A stretch of DNA of 63,095 bases, counting the filler, from Octopus bimaculoides (Eukaryota), in NCBI RefSeq assembly GCF_001194135.2. It is 8 parts of 7 records of this genome, joined end to end, with 100 filler letters (N's around TTAATTAATTAA, not from the genome) between each part and the next. Parts side by side here need not be neighbours in the genome. Positions count along the whole stretch, not along the records: positions 1 to 8,835 come from NC_068989.1; positions 8,936 to 18,153 come from NC_068987.1; 6 more parts are not named here. One strand, 5' to 3'. Of this stretch, positions 1-12,981 are shown piece by piece; positions within the stretch are counted from its first letter, which is position 1; each line of letters begins with the position of its first letter. Both the position numbers and the translations under genes were made by a program. Under the pieces are notes generated by a model, which was not told where the DNA came from, made no database searches, and saw nothing but the letters and a program-made list of their open reading frames with translations.

Positions 1-707
1 TTGGCGTTGAGATAGATAGATAGATAGATAGATAGATAGTGCGCCGATATACGTATATATACATATGTGTGTGTGTGTGCGTGCGTTCATGAGTGCGTGT
101 GTGTGTGCGTGTGTGTGTGTGTGTGTGCGTGCGCGCGTGTGTGTGTGTGCGTGTAAGCGTGTGTGTGTGCTTGTGTGTGGTTATAGTAGATGTTATATTC
201 TGGGATTATATCGGTAATCCAAAATCTCGATCTGTAACTGATTCTGTCTATCCCGAACATTCCAGTGTATCAATATTAATAATCACATTCTTACACAGTG
301 ACAAATAGACAGTCATACATTCCTACATACGACTTATTTCCTATTGCATAAACCAAGTAAGCAATTTCTCTCTAATTTTAGTTACTCTGTTAAACTTATT
401 GTCCAAACTATCACATGATACATTCACTGGTGAATTTTACGGCAAATTATCATTCATACCAAACAAACTTTATCGGAGCTGCTTGCAATTTGTGACATAT
501 TTTCTCTATAAGAAAGTGAATTTTCAAACCCTCATCAGAGTCGAGAAAATTTCGACATAGCTCCAATGCTCTCCCTCTCACACTACTTTTCGAAAATCAG
601 TAAATTACAAATCCAGTAAAGTAAATGTAAATAAATTTCAAAAACAAGTGCATTTTTAACTTCCTTTTTATTCTTCTACTCCTATACGAACAATTATTTT
701 CCTCTGT

Positions 708-739
<32 letters not shown>

Positions 740-1629
740 GGGAGAGAAAGAGAGAGGGAAATCATAGCATAATTCAGAAAACTTGAACCATGCATAACGT
801 ACATAACTCTACGTTTGTTATGTGAACGTCTTAGCTGTAGAGATTCAGTTGATGTGAAAAAACCACATACTTTTCATAAGTAAACTGTTAGTAATTCGAG
901 AATTTTATACAGATCTGTTTCAGGATATTTAACCGTAATTAGAAAACTTCGGTTAGCCAGAGGAGTTTCAATCAAAATTCCTGTATATAGCAGTCTGGTG
1001 TGTGTGTGTGTGTGTGTGTGTGTGTGCATGTATGTATGTATTTAGGTCTGTCTGTCTGTATGTATGCATGGCATCCCATGACACTAAACAGGCATGGCAG
1101 TTCATGATTTCAAGGGAGACATATAGAGCCTATTCACTCGTTTAGACGCAGGGATAGAGAAAATTCGTCTTTGTCTAGTTTCCTCTGGAGACATCGCGAC
1201 CTCAGGAATGAAACCCAATGTAGGACCATGTCGAATGGATCATCGACATGATCCTACATTACTCGCCCGTCACCCACAATTGCCAGCGCTGCTTCCGCGA
1301 AAGACTGCACATTTTCCACAACCTACAGTATCTGTCAACAGGAAATGTGAATTATTTTATTACTGCCATTAAAGGTACCCCTTCCTAGTGAAACTTCAGA
1401 CCATTGGACACTAACAACCGAGATGTCCTTGACAACGGCTACCCAACTACTAATCAGCGATGCCTCCACAGACCACAGGCGGACATCGCAACCTTGTGCA
1501 TCCCCATTATCCACTCCGTTCGCATTCATAAATGTGAGTATGCTCACGCACACGCACATTTATGTATGTACACTTTTAACCTCTTTTCTTCTCCCACTCC
1601 CACACTAAACCGCAGTCCAATGCCAATTT

Positions 1630-2270
1630 CCGTCCCCATCTTGACCGTGTCCTTGCCCTCTAGTGGCTTCCCTCCCCTCTCACATGCATAACACCAACCA
1701 TGCTCTTCGTTTGTTCAACTCTTTCTCCGTCCCTCCTGGCCTCTCTAAACTTCTCTTCACTCTTGACATCAAGAGCCTATTCACGGTGATCCCTCACCAC
1801 GAGGGGCTGCATGTACTCCAACATTTCCTTGACCTTCAACCCAAACCCCAGCCTGAAACATCCACACTCCTCCTTCGTCTGGCCGAACTTGTCCTCTCAC
1901 TTAACTGTTTCTCGTTCGCGGGTGATTTTACCAGCATTTCTCGGGAGTGGCCATGGGAATGAGAATAGGCCCCAACTATGCGAACCTCTTCGTTGGCTAC
2001 GTTGAGGCCCAAATATTCACTAGTTCCAATCCCGAACTATACGTTCGTTATATTGACGACTGTATCGCTGTGACCTTACTCTCCCGCAAACATCTAGACT
2101 CCTTCCTCTCTTTTGTCAAATCTTTCTATCCGGCCCTCCACTTCTCCTGCACTATTTCCGACACTTCAGTCGCCTTTCTCGACATTTCGGTCAGCATTCA
2201 TCACTCCACTCTCACCACCTACATCCACTACAAACACACAGACTCACACGCACACGTCAGGGTCACCAGC
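1630..2270 (+). mobile_element. Penelope-like element (PLE) reverse transcriptase remnant, frameshifted
   Basis: ORFs 1663-1962 and 1947-2405 give LFTLDIKSLFTVIPHHEGL...LAELVLSLNCFSF / (GV)AMGMRIGPNYANLFVGYVE...LYVRYIDDCIAV...FLDISV...YKHTDSH. These are PLE RT motifs, including YIDD; the frameshift is near 1935. Confidence 0.88.
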
Positions 2271-2460
2271 CCCCTTCCACACGCACATACACGCTCTCAC
2301 ATACACACACGCACGCGCACCTACGTTTTGGGATCACCACTACTTTATTATCTGCCCTTCTTCCTAGCTCTCCTGTGTGACCACTCTCTCCGGCATTTGC
2401 CCTGATAGATCGCTAACCACTAAGCCTTTTTTATTTTCTTTCCCTGTTTATTTCAGTGTT

Positions 2461-2497
2461 CCTTTCTGTCGAAGAGCGTAGGCTCGAAACGTAAATG
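2461..2497 (+). ncRNA. Degenerate minimal hammerhead-ribozyme-like motif in the PLE terminal repeat
   Basis: CTTT-CTGTCGA-A-GAG(cgtagg)CTC-GAA-AC-GT-A-AATG has hammerhead core spacing, a 3-bp stem II and a palindromic ACGT stem III. The core deviates from CUGANGA. It lies ~200 bp downstream of the PLE RT. Confidence 0.45.
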
Positions 2498-2589
2498 ACT
2501 TTCTCACTTCCCGAGCATTAAACTAATACATCTGTTTGTTGCTTACGCACCCGCCTTCGTCTTTTGTTTTTATTTTTGTAAATTCTCAC

Positions 2590-2642
<53 letters not shown>

Positions 2643-4287
2643 CCTGTGTGTGTATGTATGTCTGTATGTACATATTTATATTTGTTTATATCTTAATCTT
2701 TATATATATAAATTGATCTTGTTTTTGCGTATACTTCATTATATGTTATTTTTAATTAGCTCATTTTCAAGCATATTCCAATGACTGAACAGTCATAAAC
2801 ATTATGCGATTATAGGCTTCATATAAACTTTTAATAGTTACAGAAGGTAATGTCATCACAGCAATAAATATGCTCACAGCAATAAATATGTGCACATATA
2901 TACACATGCACGTATATACGTATGTATGTGCATATATATATTCATATATATGTATATACATATACATATGTACAAATATATAAGTATGTATATGTTCATA
3001 CATATGCATATATACGTGTGTGTTTGTTTTCATGCGAGTGTATGTATGTGACGATATATCTATATTGTGAAAATCCAAAATTATATCTGTATATATAAAG
3101 ATACAGGCATTTTCGGGTTTTTTTCTNNNNNNNNNNNNNNNNNNNNNNNNNNNNNNNNNNNNNNNNNNNNNNNNNNNNNNNNNNNNNNNNNNNNNNNNNN
3201 NNNNNNNNNNNNNNNNNNNNNNNNNNNNNNNNNNNNNNNNNNNNNNNNNNNNNNNNNNNNNNNNNNNNNNNNNNNNNNNNNNNNNNNNNNNNNNNNNNNN
3301 NNNNNNNNNNNNNNNNNNNNNNNNNNNNNNNNNNNNNNNNNNNNNNNNNNNNNNNNNNNNNNNNNNNNNNNNNNNNNNNNNNNNNNNNNNNNNNNNNNNN
3401 NNNNNNNNNNNNNNNNNNNNNNNNNNNNNNNNNNNNNNNNNNNNNNNNNNNNNNNNNNNNNNNNNNNNNNNNNNNNNNNNNNNNNNNNNNNNNNNNNNNN
3501 NNNNNNNNNNNNNNNNNNNNNNNNNNNNNNNNNNNNNNNNNNNNNNNNNNNNNNNNNNNNNNNNNNNNNNNNNNNNNNNNNNNNNNNNNNNNNNNNNNNN
3601 NNNNNNNNNNNNNNNNNNNNNNNNNNNNNNNNNNNNNNNNNNNNNNNNNNNNNNNNNNNNNNNNNNNNNNNNNNNNNTATATATATATATATGCGCGTGT
3701 GTATATGGGTATGTACATTTATGTGTATGAATTAGTGTATATGCATGCATTATATCGATAAATACTTTGTATGAATGTATAATCGTATATATGTAATATA
3801 CTGCATTTTGTTGTTCGTTTCGCTTCTATCTATAACATTTCTCGGAAAATCATTTTGATATATTGCTATGTTAGGTTGTCTGCTCGTGTAAACTACTCTA
3901 AGTATGTAATTTACCCCTTGAAAGCACAATGATATATTAATAGCATTGACATAAATAAGCAGTGATATAATTTTCCTGGTGTGGAAGGGAAAATATGGAA
4001 GCAATCTTCAATTGCCTAATAAATAATCAAAAATGCGTTGTGAAAATAATTAATAGAGTCACGGCTTTTGAACATAATGAAAATATACTTCATCAAGTGT
4101 GGATGTTATGGACAGTGTCGTTGTTGCTGTTGAATTGTTTATCAGTGACTCAATTTGTTAACTGAAATGAATTAACTTAAGTCTAGTTTCTGAGATCAAA
4201 TCCCACTAGCGGTAGCAATCTTTTTCATAGTTTCTAGGTTAATAAAATAAGCAGCAGTTAATATACCAAATTGATTATATTGATTAA

Positions 4288-4497
4288 CCGTTTAGTATTT
4301 AAACCGGCTCCAATATTCTATGTGTTTTATGCTAAAACTGACCAGATCCAACCTGTGACACCTCCTCTACAATGTTATTCTAAAAATTTACAATCACATC
4401 ATCGAAATCTTGAAGCTATAAAACAATGGAAAATTAATTCCAAACAATGTGAATAAATAAGCCTTATATTTCATTAAGAGACCTGAATGCTAAAATG
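4288..4497. mobile_element. Probable piggyBac-type MITE (degenerate)
   Basis: Starts after TTAA (4284-4287) with CCGTTTAGTATT and ends AATGCTAAAATG followed by CTAA. This fits short imperfect TIRs with a TTAA-like target. Confidence 0.4.
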
Positions 4498-5214
4498 CTA
4501 AGCCCCATCAATTTCAAAAGCACCTGATCGGGGATCAATGCTGGGAATCTTAATTATCAACCTTTAATCCTTGTTTAACGATGGAGGTAGTTGTTGTAAT
4601 ATTAATTGTTGTAGTTATTGTTCTTGCAGTAGTTGTTGTTGCTGCTGATCCTATTGCTGTTGTACTTGCAGTTGCTGTTGTTACTGTTTCTGCAACTAGA
4701 GCAAACTGGCCAACAAATCTTTCATAATTTGTTGCTTTTGTATACCGTAAAAGTCGCTCAAAAACTTTTCTGAGTTTCGTAACTCCTTATGAGTTCGTTT
4801 AGTCCTCGTGAGTTTGTTAATTACTCGTCGCCACTGTTGTAATCCAACGTCGGACTGTTACGCTGTCCATTCCGGTCTGCCAGTATAGTTAGTTAGACAA
4901 GACACGACAATGAGCGACTACCCTCGACAGCTCGACGTCACAGTATTTGTAACGAGTATCACATACCACTAGTTACGTGGGACGGGTGTTCCATTATTAC
5001 TATTACCCCCATAACAGTCTGTATGCAATAACATATTTGTGTATGTATAATTGTGTACTTACGCGCACATGTGTGTGAGTGTATGGTTGTATCTTTTGTT
5101 GATGTATATCACTGAAAGATACAAACATCGGTGAGAAATCCGAAAGATTTAGCAATGAATCATCGACTGAAAACCGAAAAGACCGAAAAACAGCAATAGT
5201 GTTGTTTACTACTA

Positions 5215-5435
5215 TTGGGTTGGTGCATAATTATTGCGGCTTTTTTTCAACAAATTTTATTCAACAAAAACAATAACATCTTTAAATGATTATTCCGGAG
5301 CATAATCACCATCTATTTCCCATTTGCTTGGCAGATGGTCAGACCGTCATTTAAAGATGTTTTTGTTAAATATTGTTAGTTTTTGTTGAATAAAGCTCGT
5401 TGAAAAAGAACCGCAATAATTATGCACCAACCCAA
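5215..5435. mobile_element. Mariner-derived MITE, 221 bp, TA target-site duplication
   Basis: Left end TTGGGTTGGTGCATAATTATTGCGG; right end CCGCAATAATTATGCACCAACCCAA (perfect reverse complement). TA at 5213-14 and 5436-37. The TIR resembles the Hsmar1-type TTAGGTTGGTGCAAAAGTAATTGCGG. Confidence 0.88.
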
Positions 5436-5574
5436 TACTACAACAACAGCTACTACTACTACTACTACTACTACTAAAGAATTCTCATGTTATTTACATT
5501 TGTTTCTTGTAATTGTCTCAATTACTTCACTAAATTTTGGCAACTAAAAGTAAACAGGGAATTATGTTTTGGTT

Positions 5575-6030
5575 ATATGTGACCTGTGTAAGATAGTGAA
5601 ACAATATTGAAATTTGGCTTCATATCGTGTAGCCAGTGTACCGGAAGTGAGAAGACATCAAAATTTGTATTGATTTTATGTATAACTAGTGTACGGAAGT
5701 GAAGCCCCATTGAAAATGATTAAATATAACCAGCGGGCGGAAGTGAAGAGCCAGCAAGTTATGGATTCTTATATGTAACTTGTGTTAGAAAATGAAGGCA
5801 CTTGAAAATCTGGTTTCATTACTTCTATCCAGTCTCCAAAACTGAAAAGACAGAAATTTCACTTCATTATATGAGCGGAGAGAACAGATGTGACTTGAAT
5901 TCTGGTTTGATTATGCATTGTCAATGTAGGAATATGGAGGTGGTTGAAATATTACTTGATTATACATAAGCAGTGAAGTGGACACTGGAATCTGTCTTAA
6001 TTATATGTAACCAGTGTACGGAAATGAAAG
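5575..6030 (+). repeat. Degenerate ~50-bp minisatellite
   Basis: Recurring core TATGTAACCAGTGTACGGAAGTGAAG-like at about 5581, 5631, 5684, 5728, 5777, 5827 and 6009. Confidence 0.6.
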
Positions 6031-6971
6031 AAATATAAGCCAGAGATTAATTAAGCAAGCAATGTATAACATTCCATAGCGAGACACGTGGTGGCAGAAC
6101 CACTTCTACGAATGTACAAGTCTCTAAGGCTTTGTTTGCCATCTTCTTTGTGTGATAATAATGTTATTATTTCCTTGTATTATTTATTCCAGGCTAAATA
6201 AACATTTCATTTGAAATACTTTTTAATGACTAATAATTTTTTCGTCTCAAATAGAGCATTTTAGTTTTGTAGTCTTATTTTAGAAAACATCATGAAGTAC
6301 CATCTCACAGACGATAATTTCTCTAATTCTCATCCTTGTCGATAAGATTAATGAGATAAAACAGACGAGTGCCGGTATTATTTATCGAAATAATAAGTCT
6401 TGTATTTATCACGTTGAAATCAGGAGAATTGGTTTGGTTTAATATTTGTTGTTATTTTTCTAGTTTTCAATTGCCTTTTTTTTTTTCGTTTTCTATGTGA
6501 ATATAATTCTCCAATTCAAGCGAAAGTAATACAAATTGAATTTTCTATTAATATTGGAATAAAAGCTTAATATAGAATACCTGTCGTTCTTTTTGATTGT
6601 ATATCGATTTCCATTCCCCACCTCACCCGCTTCTTTTGTTCACAAAAGTGCAGATCAAATCACAATATTCACTATCAGTCATAGGCGCTGTGATATTCAG
6701 CTGTCAAAATAGTGGGGGGTTTAGTATGAAAATATTTTAAGTTTGTCTACATTCAATTATATTTTCCATTAAATGAAAGAATCGGATAAATGATTTAATT
6801 ACTATTTAGCAAATATAAATATAAATAAAATATTTTAAACATTGAACAGGTATTGATCTTAGTTTACCAAATATTTTGCGTGCCAAATATTTCTAGTCAG
6901 TCAACAATCTATTTACACCAATATTCTGTTTATAGCAGCATTCTACTTACACCAATATTCTGGTTAATCCA

Positions 6972-7185
6972 AGGCGGCGAGCTGGCAGAATCGTTAGCAC
7001 GACAGGCAAAATGCTTAGTGGCATTTCGCTTGTCTTTGCCTTCTGAGTTCAAATTCCACCGAGGTCGACTTTGTCTTTCATCATTTCGGGATCGATAAAA
7101 TAAGTACCAACTGAAACCTGGAGTCGATGTAATCGATTTACGCCCGCCGACGAATTTTCGGGCCTTGTGCAAAAATTTGAAACCA
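6972..7185 (+). mobile_element. tRNA-derived SINE, family B (Meta-domain-like core); representative copy
   Basis: GGCGGCGAGCTGGCAGAATCGTTAGCAC...GAGTTCAAATTCC (A/B-box-like head), then GACTTTG(C)CTTTCATC..TCGGG.TCGATAAAATAAGTACC. Related copies at ~14470-14680, 21735-21820, 25055-25215, 37760-37975, 52090-52270(-), 52960-53040(-), 59060-59125 and 61990-62110(-). Confidence 0.8.
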
Positions 7186-7189
7186 ATAT

Positions 7190-7461
7190 TCTAGTCCCCA
7201 GATCTCAATATTGTTGAACATTTATGGTGCATTTTAGAAAAAGAAGTAAGGAGTCGATAAACTCCACCATCATCACTACAAGAACTGGAGACTATTTTAG
7301 CTTGGAATGGACGAAAATTCCTTTGGAAACAATTCAAACTTTGTACGAGTCTATACCGTGTAGAATTCAAGCTGCAATTACTGACAAAGGCGGTCCTACT
7401 CCATATTAAAATAAATTTGTTTGAAATTTTAAGGTGTTTCCATTATTTTGTCCAACCCCTG
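7190..7461 (+). mobile_element. Tc1 transposon 3-prime fragment (transposase C-terminus plus TIR)
   Basis: SPDLNIVEHLWCILEKEVRS...EWTKIPLETIQTLYESIPCRIQAAITDKGGPTPY*, followed by the TIR-like end TTATTTTGTCCAACCCCTG. Confidence 0.85.
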
Positions 7462-7473
7462 CATATATATATA

Positions 7474-7510
<37 letters not shown>

Positions 7511-8230
7511 TGGTTCCCCCTACCCTCACTTGACAACCGATGTTGGTGTGTCTTCGATTAACACCCTTTAAGGCGGTGCTCCAGCATGGCCGCACTCAAA
7601 TGACTGAAACAAATAAACGAAAACAGAATATAAGAATAATAAAAACTTAACATATCAGCAATGATTTTTGGAGATAAATTTTCAGAAACAAAATTACGTG
7701 TTCTTTGTAAAACAGAATTTTTTCGCTCCTTTCNNNNNNNNNNNNNNNNNNNNNNNNNNNNNNNNNNNNNNNNNNNNNNNNNNNNNNNNNNNNNNNNNNN
7801 NNNNNNNNNNNNNNNNNNNNNNNNNNNNNNNNNNNNNNNNNNNNNNNNNNNNNNNNNNNNNNNNNNNNNNNNNNNNNNNNNNNNNNNNNNNNNNNNNNNN
7901 NNNNNNNNNNNNNNNNNNNNNNNNNNNNNNNNNNNNNNNNNNNNNNNNNNNNNNNNNNNNNNNNNNNNNNNNNNNNNNNNNNNNNNNNNNNNNNNNNNNN
8001 NNNNNNNNNNNNNNNNNNNNNNNNNNNNNNNNNNNNNNNNNNNNNNNNNNNNNNNNNNNNNNNNNNNNNNNNNNNNNNNNNNNNNNNNNNNNNNNNNNNN
8101 NNNNNNNNNNNNNNNNNGGTAAAGTAAATTTTAGACGTAATACTTGATCATTGTAAGCACCTGTATATGCCAGATAGTGGCCGGGGTGAAAGAATAAATT
8201 AAAACGTAAAATTAAAACAGAACACACACT

Positions 8231-8274
<44 letters not shown>

Positions 8275-8554
8275 AGTTATATAAGTGTGTGTTTGAGTGT
8301 GTATATGCATCTCTTCTATCTTTTCTCTTGTCAAAGAAAATATTTCTCCAGTGTTCTCTATTTTAACATCGTTCTGATCTAACGACCCTCCATGTTTCTT
8401 TTCGTTTGGTTTCCTTGCATGTTTCTTGTGTCCTGTTTTTCTGTTCCCAACTTTGACCCTCCTCCATAAAACCCAAATTTTATTTTGGTACTTATGGGAG
8501 CAACTGTCTTCGAAGACTCATATTGTCTTTCAATGCTTGAAATGAGGAGTAGAT

Positions 8555-8700
8555 AGACGGCTGACAACTGATGAAGGGTCGTTCTTTATGTTGCTTTCCC
8601 GTTTTCCATTTGTTTCTCTCGTTGTTTGTGTATTGAACTCATTTGTTTTCGTATTTCCTGTTGTTTACTGTTGGTGATGTCCTGTACTCATATATGCATA
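8555..8700 (+). repeat. Interspersed repeat with a CTGATGAAGG(A)ATGTTCTTTATG...GTCCTGTAC(C)CA.ATATGCA core
   Basis: Same core at 51572-51710 (+), 51243-51388 (-) and 53715-53860 (+). Confidence 0.6.
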
Positions 8701-8803
8701 GACTTACAATTAATAAGTCCTGGGGCTGATTTATTCGACTAAAGGCGGTGCTCAAGCATGACTGCAGTCAAATGACTGAATCAAATAAGACAATATATAT
8801 ATG

Positions 8804-8835
<32 letters not shown>

Positions 8836-8935
8836 NNNNNNNNNNNNNNNNNNNNNNNNNNNNNNNNNNNNNNNNNNNNTTAATTAATTAANNNNNNNNN
8901 NNNNNNNNNNNNNNNNNNNNNNNNNNNNNNNNNNN
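8836..8935. other. Artificial 100-bp scaffolding gap (N44-TTAATTAATTAA-N44)
   Basis: The identical construct occurs with the linker at 8880, 18198, 21865, 51873, 53983, 56168 and 58256. Confidence 0.95.
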
Positions 8936-8980
<45 letters not shown>

Positions 8981-9002
8981 CACACACACGTATAGAGGCA
9001 AT

Positions 9003-9363
9003 TATGCGGATACACAAATTAGATATGTTAAATATAACAGTTTGAGTATGAAATACAAAGTATGTATGTAAACGTGCAAAATGAGAAAGTAAAAAAACAG
9101 GAAGACTTTCAGATAATGAATATTTAAGTATAAATATATAGATATTTATATTAATAGATCCAATTTACACAGAGTACAACCGACAGAGAAAAATTAAAGG
9201 GGAGGTAAAAATCATGTTATAATTTTTGTCATTTGTGCTCTGTGTAAGTTGGATCTATTATTATAAATAACTATATATTTATACTTTAAATATTTGCTAT
9301 CTGATACCCTTCGTTTTTTGCCAAACTGTTATATTTAACATATCTAATTTGTTAATCTGCATA
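9003..9363. repeat. Long imperfect inverted repeat (foldback)
   Basis: ACAAATTAGATATGTTAAATATAACAGTTTG...ATAGATCCAATTTACACAGAGTACAA pairs with TTGTGCTCTGTGTAAGTTGGATCTAT...CAAACTGTTATATTTAACATATCTAATTTGT. The centre is at ~9190-9222. Confidence 0.8.
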
Positions 9364-9539
9364 GCTGCTTCCATATCTGCTCAACTTGATCCCACTTTTA
9401 GCCATTCTTTACCTCATGGAATCGATCCCCTGTAAAGACATCGGAGTCTAAGGTTGAATCATTTGAGCACTACTATGTATCTTCTATAATGAGAATTTCT
9501 GGATCTCATCTGTTGACTATATATATATATATATATATA

Positions 9540-10795
9540 CAGGGTGCATAAGATATTTGAGGACAGATTTATGTTTATTAAAACAGATATATAATAACAG
9601 ATAATAACTTTATTTATCAAAAAATGCTATGAGGATAAAAATAAACCTTTTCTATAATATTATACAATAAAACCACCTTCAGCTCCAACAACTGCTTCTA
9701 ATGAGATCTAAATCATCTACATGCTCATATCAAGTGGTTCTGGTTCATTTTGGACATTACTCTGACTATGGCAGCTTTCAAAGAATCTTTGGTGCTATGG
9801 GTGTCTTCATTGACCTCTCTCTCAACAACACTCCACATGTAATATTCCAATGGATTGAGATCTGGGGAATTAGGAGGCCAAATGTTAGGGGTTATGTGAT
9901 CAAGAAAATTTTCAACCATCCATTCCTGTGTTACTAGAGCCATGGGTGACAGTGCAGAGTTTTACTGAAATACATATGGCCTTCCATTGCATACACTGTC
10001 TATCCAGGTCTTAACAATTGTTTCCAGAACCTCAATGTAGGTGGCAGAGTTAACTCTCAGGATTTGTGGAAAGAAGTAAGGAGGCATCACATGTCCTTCA
10101 TTGCTGACAACCCCTAAAACCATGACAGTTGCAGGAAATTTTGTATGCATGACACTTGGAACTTCAGAAGGGTCTGCACATAACCATCTGTCATTTCTTC
10201 TGTTAACTTTTTGATCTTGGTTGAAGTTTTTCTCGTTTGAGAAAAATCAAATCAAATCTTCTGCTGGATTTTTCAGTTTGTTTAAGAACCTTTTTGATCT
10301 GATGTAGTGATTTTCTTTTACTTTTCTGACAAATTGACCTTTCCTCATCCATATAAGACTTATATCTGATGTCTTTGGGGACAACATTTCTGACTGTTCC
10401 TTCTGACACATGGAGATCTTTTGTAATTGACCTCATGGACTTTCTGGGATTGTAATCGATGGTCTGTTGAACTTGCTGGATAAATTTAAGTGTTCTGATG
10501 ATTTCAGAGCATTTAGAATGCTTTTTAAGCTTTGATACTGGTGATATGTTTCCATCTCCAGTCTCTAGCTCCTTACAAACTTTGTAGACAAAAGATCTGG
10601 CAACTTTTAAAAATCAAGGTATTTCTAAATCCCTATGCTCAGCCTTTATAACCACAATAACTGCATACCTTTTCATTTCTTGAGTAAATGGAGGGTCTGC
10701 CATTATTATTTTCTGAAACAAAGATTATACAGAGTTAGCAAAAAATGCAGCAATGACCCAAAAAAGGGATGTCCTCAAATATCTTATGCAACCTG
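9540..10795 (-). mobile_element. Near full-length Tc1/mariner-superfamily element (maT/DD37D-like), transposase decayed
   Basis: TIRs CAGGGTGCATAAGATATTTGAGGACA (9540) and TGTCCTCAAATATCTTATGCAACCTG (ends 10795), each flanked by TA. Minus-strand ORF pieces: HTKFPATVMVLGVVSNEGHVMPP...RPYVFQ and NIWPPNSPDLNPLEYYMWSVVE. Confidence 0.92.
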
Positions 10796-10967
10796 TATAT
10801 ACATACAAATACATATAAAAACCCTGACTCCAATACAATCATGTTCAACACCACAGTTGTACATATCAGACAGTTCAACATTCAAATATACCGGTGATAG
10901 ATGGACAGTTAAACCTTCTTATATTAACCTGTCTAAGACTGTCCCCGGTTTTATGATATAAGCTTAC

Positions 10968-11062
10968 ATTTTTAAAAAGATCCAAATTAAAGCCTTCCTT
11001 CAAGATTTTCCAAGCACTAGACAAAGTTATTTCACTAAAATCTTCAATATATTCAAAATTAA
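10968..11062 (-). CDS. Candidate internal exon of an unidentified minus-strand gene: (V)NFEYIEDFSEITLSSAWKILKEGFNLDLFKN
   Basis: Acceptor ttcttttgaaatatctttcag and donor AAT|gtaagc. Only one frame is open (phase 1 to phase 0). No homology recognised. Confidence 0.35.
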
Positions 11063-12294
11063 CTGAAAGATATTTCAAAAGAAATATAGTAACAAAAGGT
11101 TAAACTATGGTCCTGACTGCACTGGAGCTAGATGAACCCCACCTGGGCAAAAGTCATTTGGTTACTGGAAATGCATGTTTTTCTTGGTGTTATAATGTGT
11201 TAATGTTCATTTTTTCCACACTTGAATGGGTCAGACAAAATTTGTTGAGGCAGAATTTCTAAGGTTGGATGTCCTTCCTGTCACCAACCCTCACCTCTCT
11301 CCATGGCTATGCAAGTTTTCTACAGAGGACTGGAAACACACACACACATAACAGGCTTCTTTCATTTCCTGTCTACAAAATCCACTCACACGGTTTTAGT
11401 TGGCTGGGGTTATAGTAGAAGACACTTTCATCAGGTGCCACAGTGGAACTAAACTCCAAATCACATGGCTGGGAAACAAGCTTCTTAACCACACAGCTAT
11501 GCTTGCACCTAATTCTACTGTTCATTTAGACTGAATACACAAACAACAAATCAGTTTATTCATATATCCCATAGTGTGCTGCAAGGTTTTTCTTGTGCAC
11601 CTTTGACCAATGTATCTTTTTCATAGACAAACGGTTTAACACTAAAAGACATATTGATTGTTTTGAACTTATTCCTTGCTGTTCACTTCTCATAACCAAT
11701 ACACAAGATATATCTAAAACTGAAATATCAATAATAATACAAAGTGCAAATAAATATTACAAATATCATATTTGTTAATTCTATTGGTTATATATATATT
11801 AAATATATAGTAATATACATGTATATATAACTATATATTAGAAGAGCTATAAACAGACATACCCTTTTAATACAGTATGCATACTTTTATATAAAATAAA
11901 ACCAGTACACTAACGGAATATAATGTGACAGTCTTGAATTTTTACTAGGTGGTCTACACTGAAGAGGTTCAAGGATTAAATTTCCAAAAGCTGAAACTCA
12001 GCATAATCTTTCATAGTTGTGCTTTTGAATGTAGTAATTCTTTCCGTTTCCTCGCCTCCTGTTATTTCTGTTATCTTGGTGCTTTAATTAAGACTTTTAG
12101 CTCTTATTTCTAGCAGGTTGATGCTTTTCTACATCCTTATGCTTCATGCTGATTTGCAATTTATAGCTAAATAATGCTTTTTGCCTGCGAACCACCTATG
12201 TTGATACTGTTGATACCATCAATTTTTAATTTTATCCACAGATGATATTAACAATAGTGACATCTTATTTCAAACCTTAGTGCTTGAATATTTT

Positions 12295-12332
<38 letters not shown>

Positions 12333-12981
12333 TTTATTTGTTTCAGGTATTTGACTGCGGCCATGCTGGAGCACCAACTTTTAGTTGCACAAATCAACCC
12401 CAGGACTTATTCTCTATAAACCTAGTATTTATTCTATCGGTCTCTTTTGTATCTTTTGTTTATTAGTATAATGAATGGATTATGTTTGGGATATAACTGC
12501 TTTCTGATATCAAATTTTGTGAGACTTAACATGTGATTTGTTATCACTAAGCTGTGAATAGACTTTAAATAATAGTCATGCTATGACTAACACATGTTTC
12601 ATTAACTTTCAGGATTGAGTTAACATCTTTCAAAGAGTTACATTAGTTACATATAGATGCTATTAATAGTGTTATTATTACCTAAATATTGTTGAATATA
12701 TGATTCTTATTGTCTACAGAGTCATGAAATCAATTAATCAATGAAAAAAATTTTCAAAAAAGAGATTTTGAAGACAGATATAATGAGAAACATTCTGATT
12801 AGAAACATATATAAATCTAAAAATTTTTTTAATCTTTAAAGATGTAAAAAAAAAATGTTCTTTGAAGGTTTCGATAAATAAGAACCAACAAATGCATGGA
12901 ATTCCTTTTATGAGATTCACTTTATATGTAACATATCTAAATATCTCTGTGTTCACTTGCCTCAACATCTCATTCTTTTAC

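Noticed and set aside
4910-4972. ATG ORF MSDYPRQLDVTVFVTSITYH in a CpG-rich patch as a first coding exon
   Set aside because: Only weak donor sites, no homology, and no consistent downstream plus-strand exon chain.
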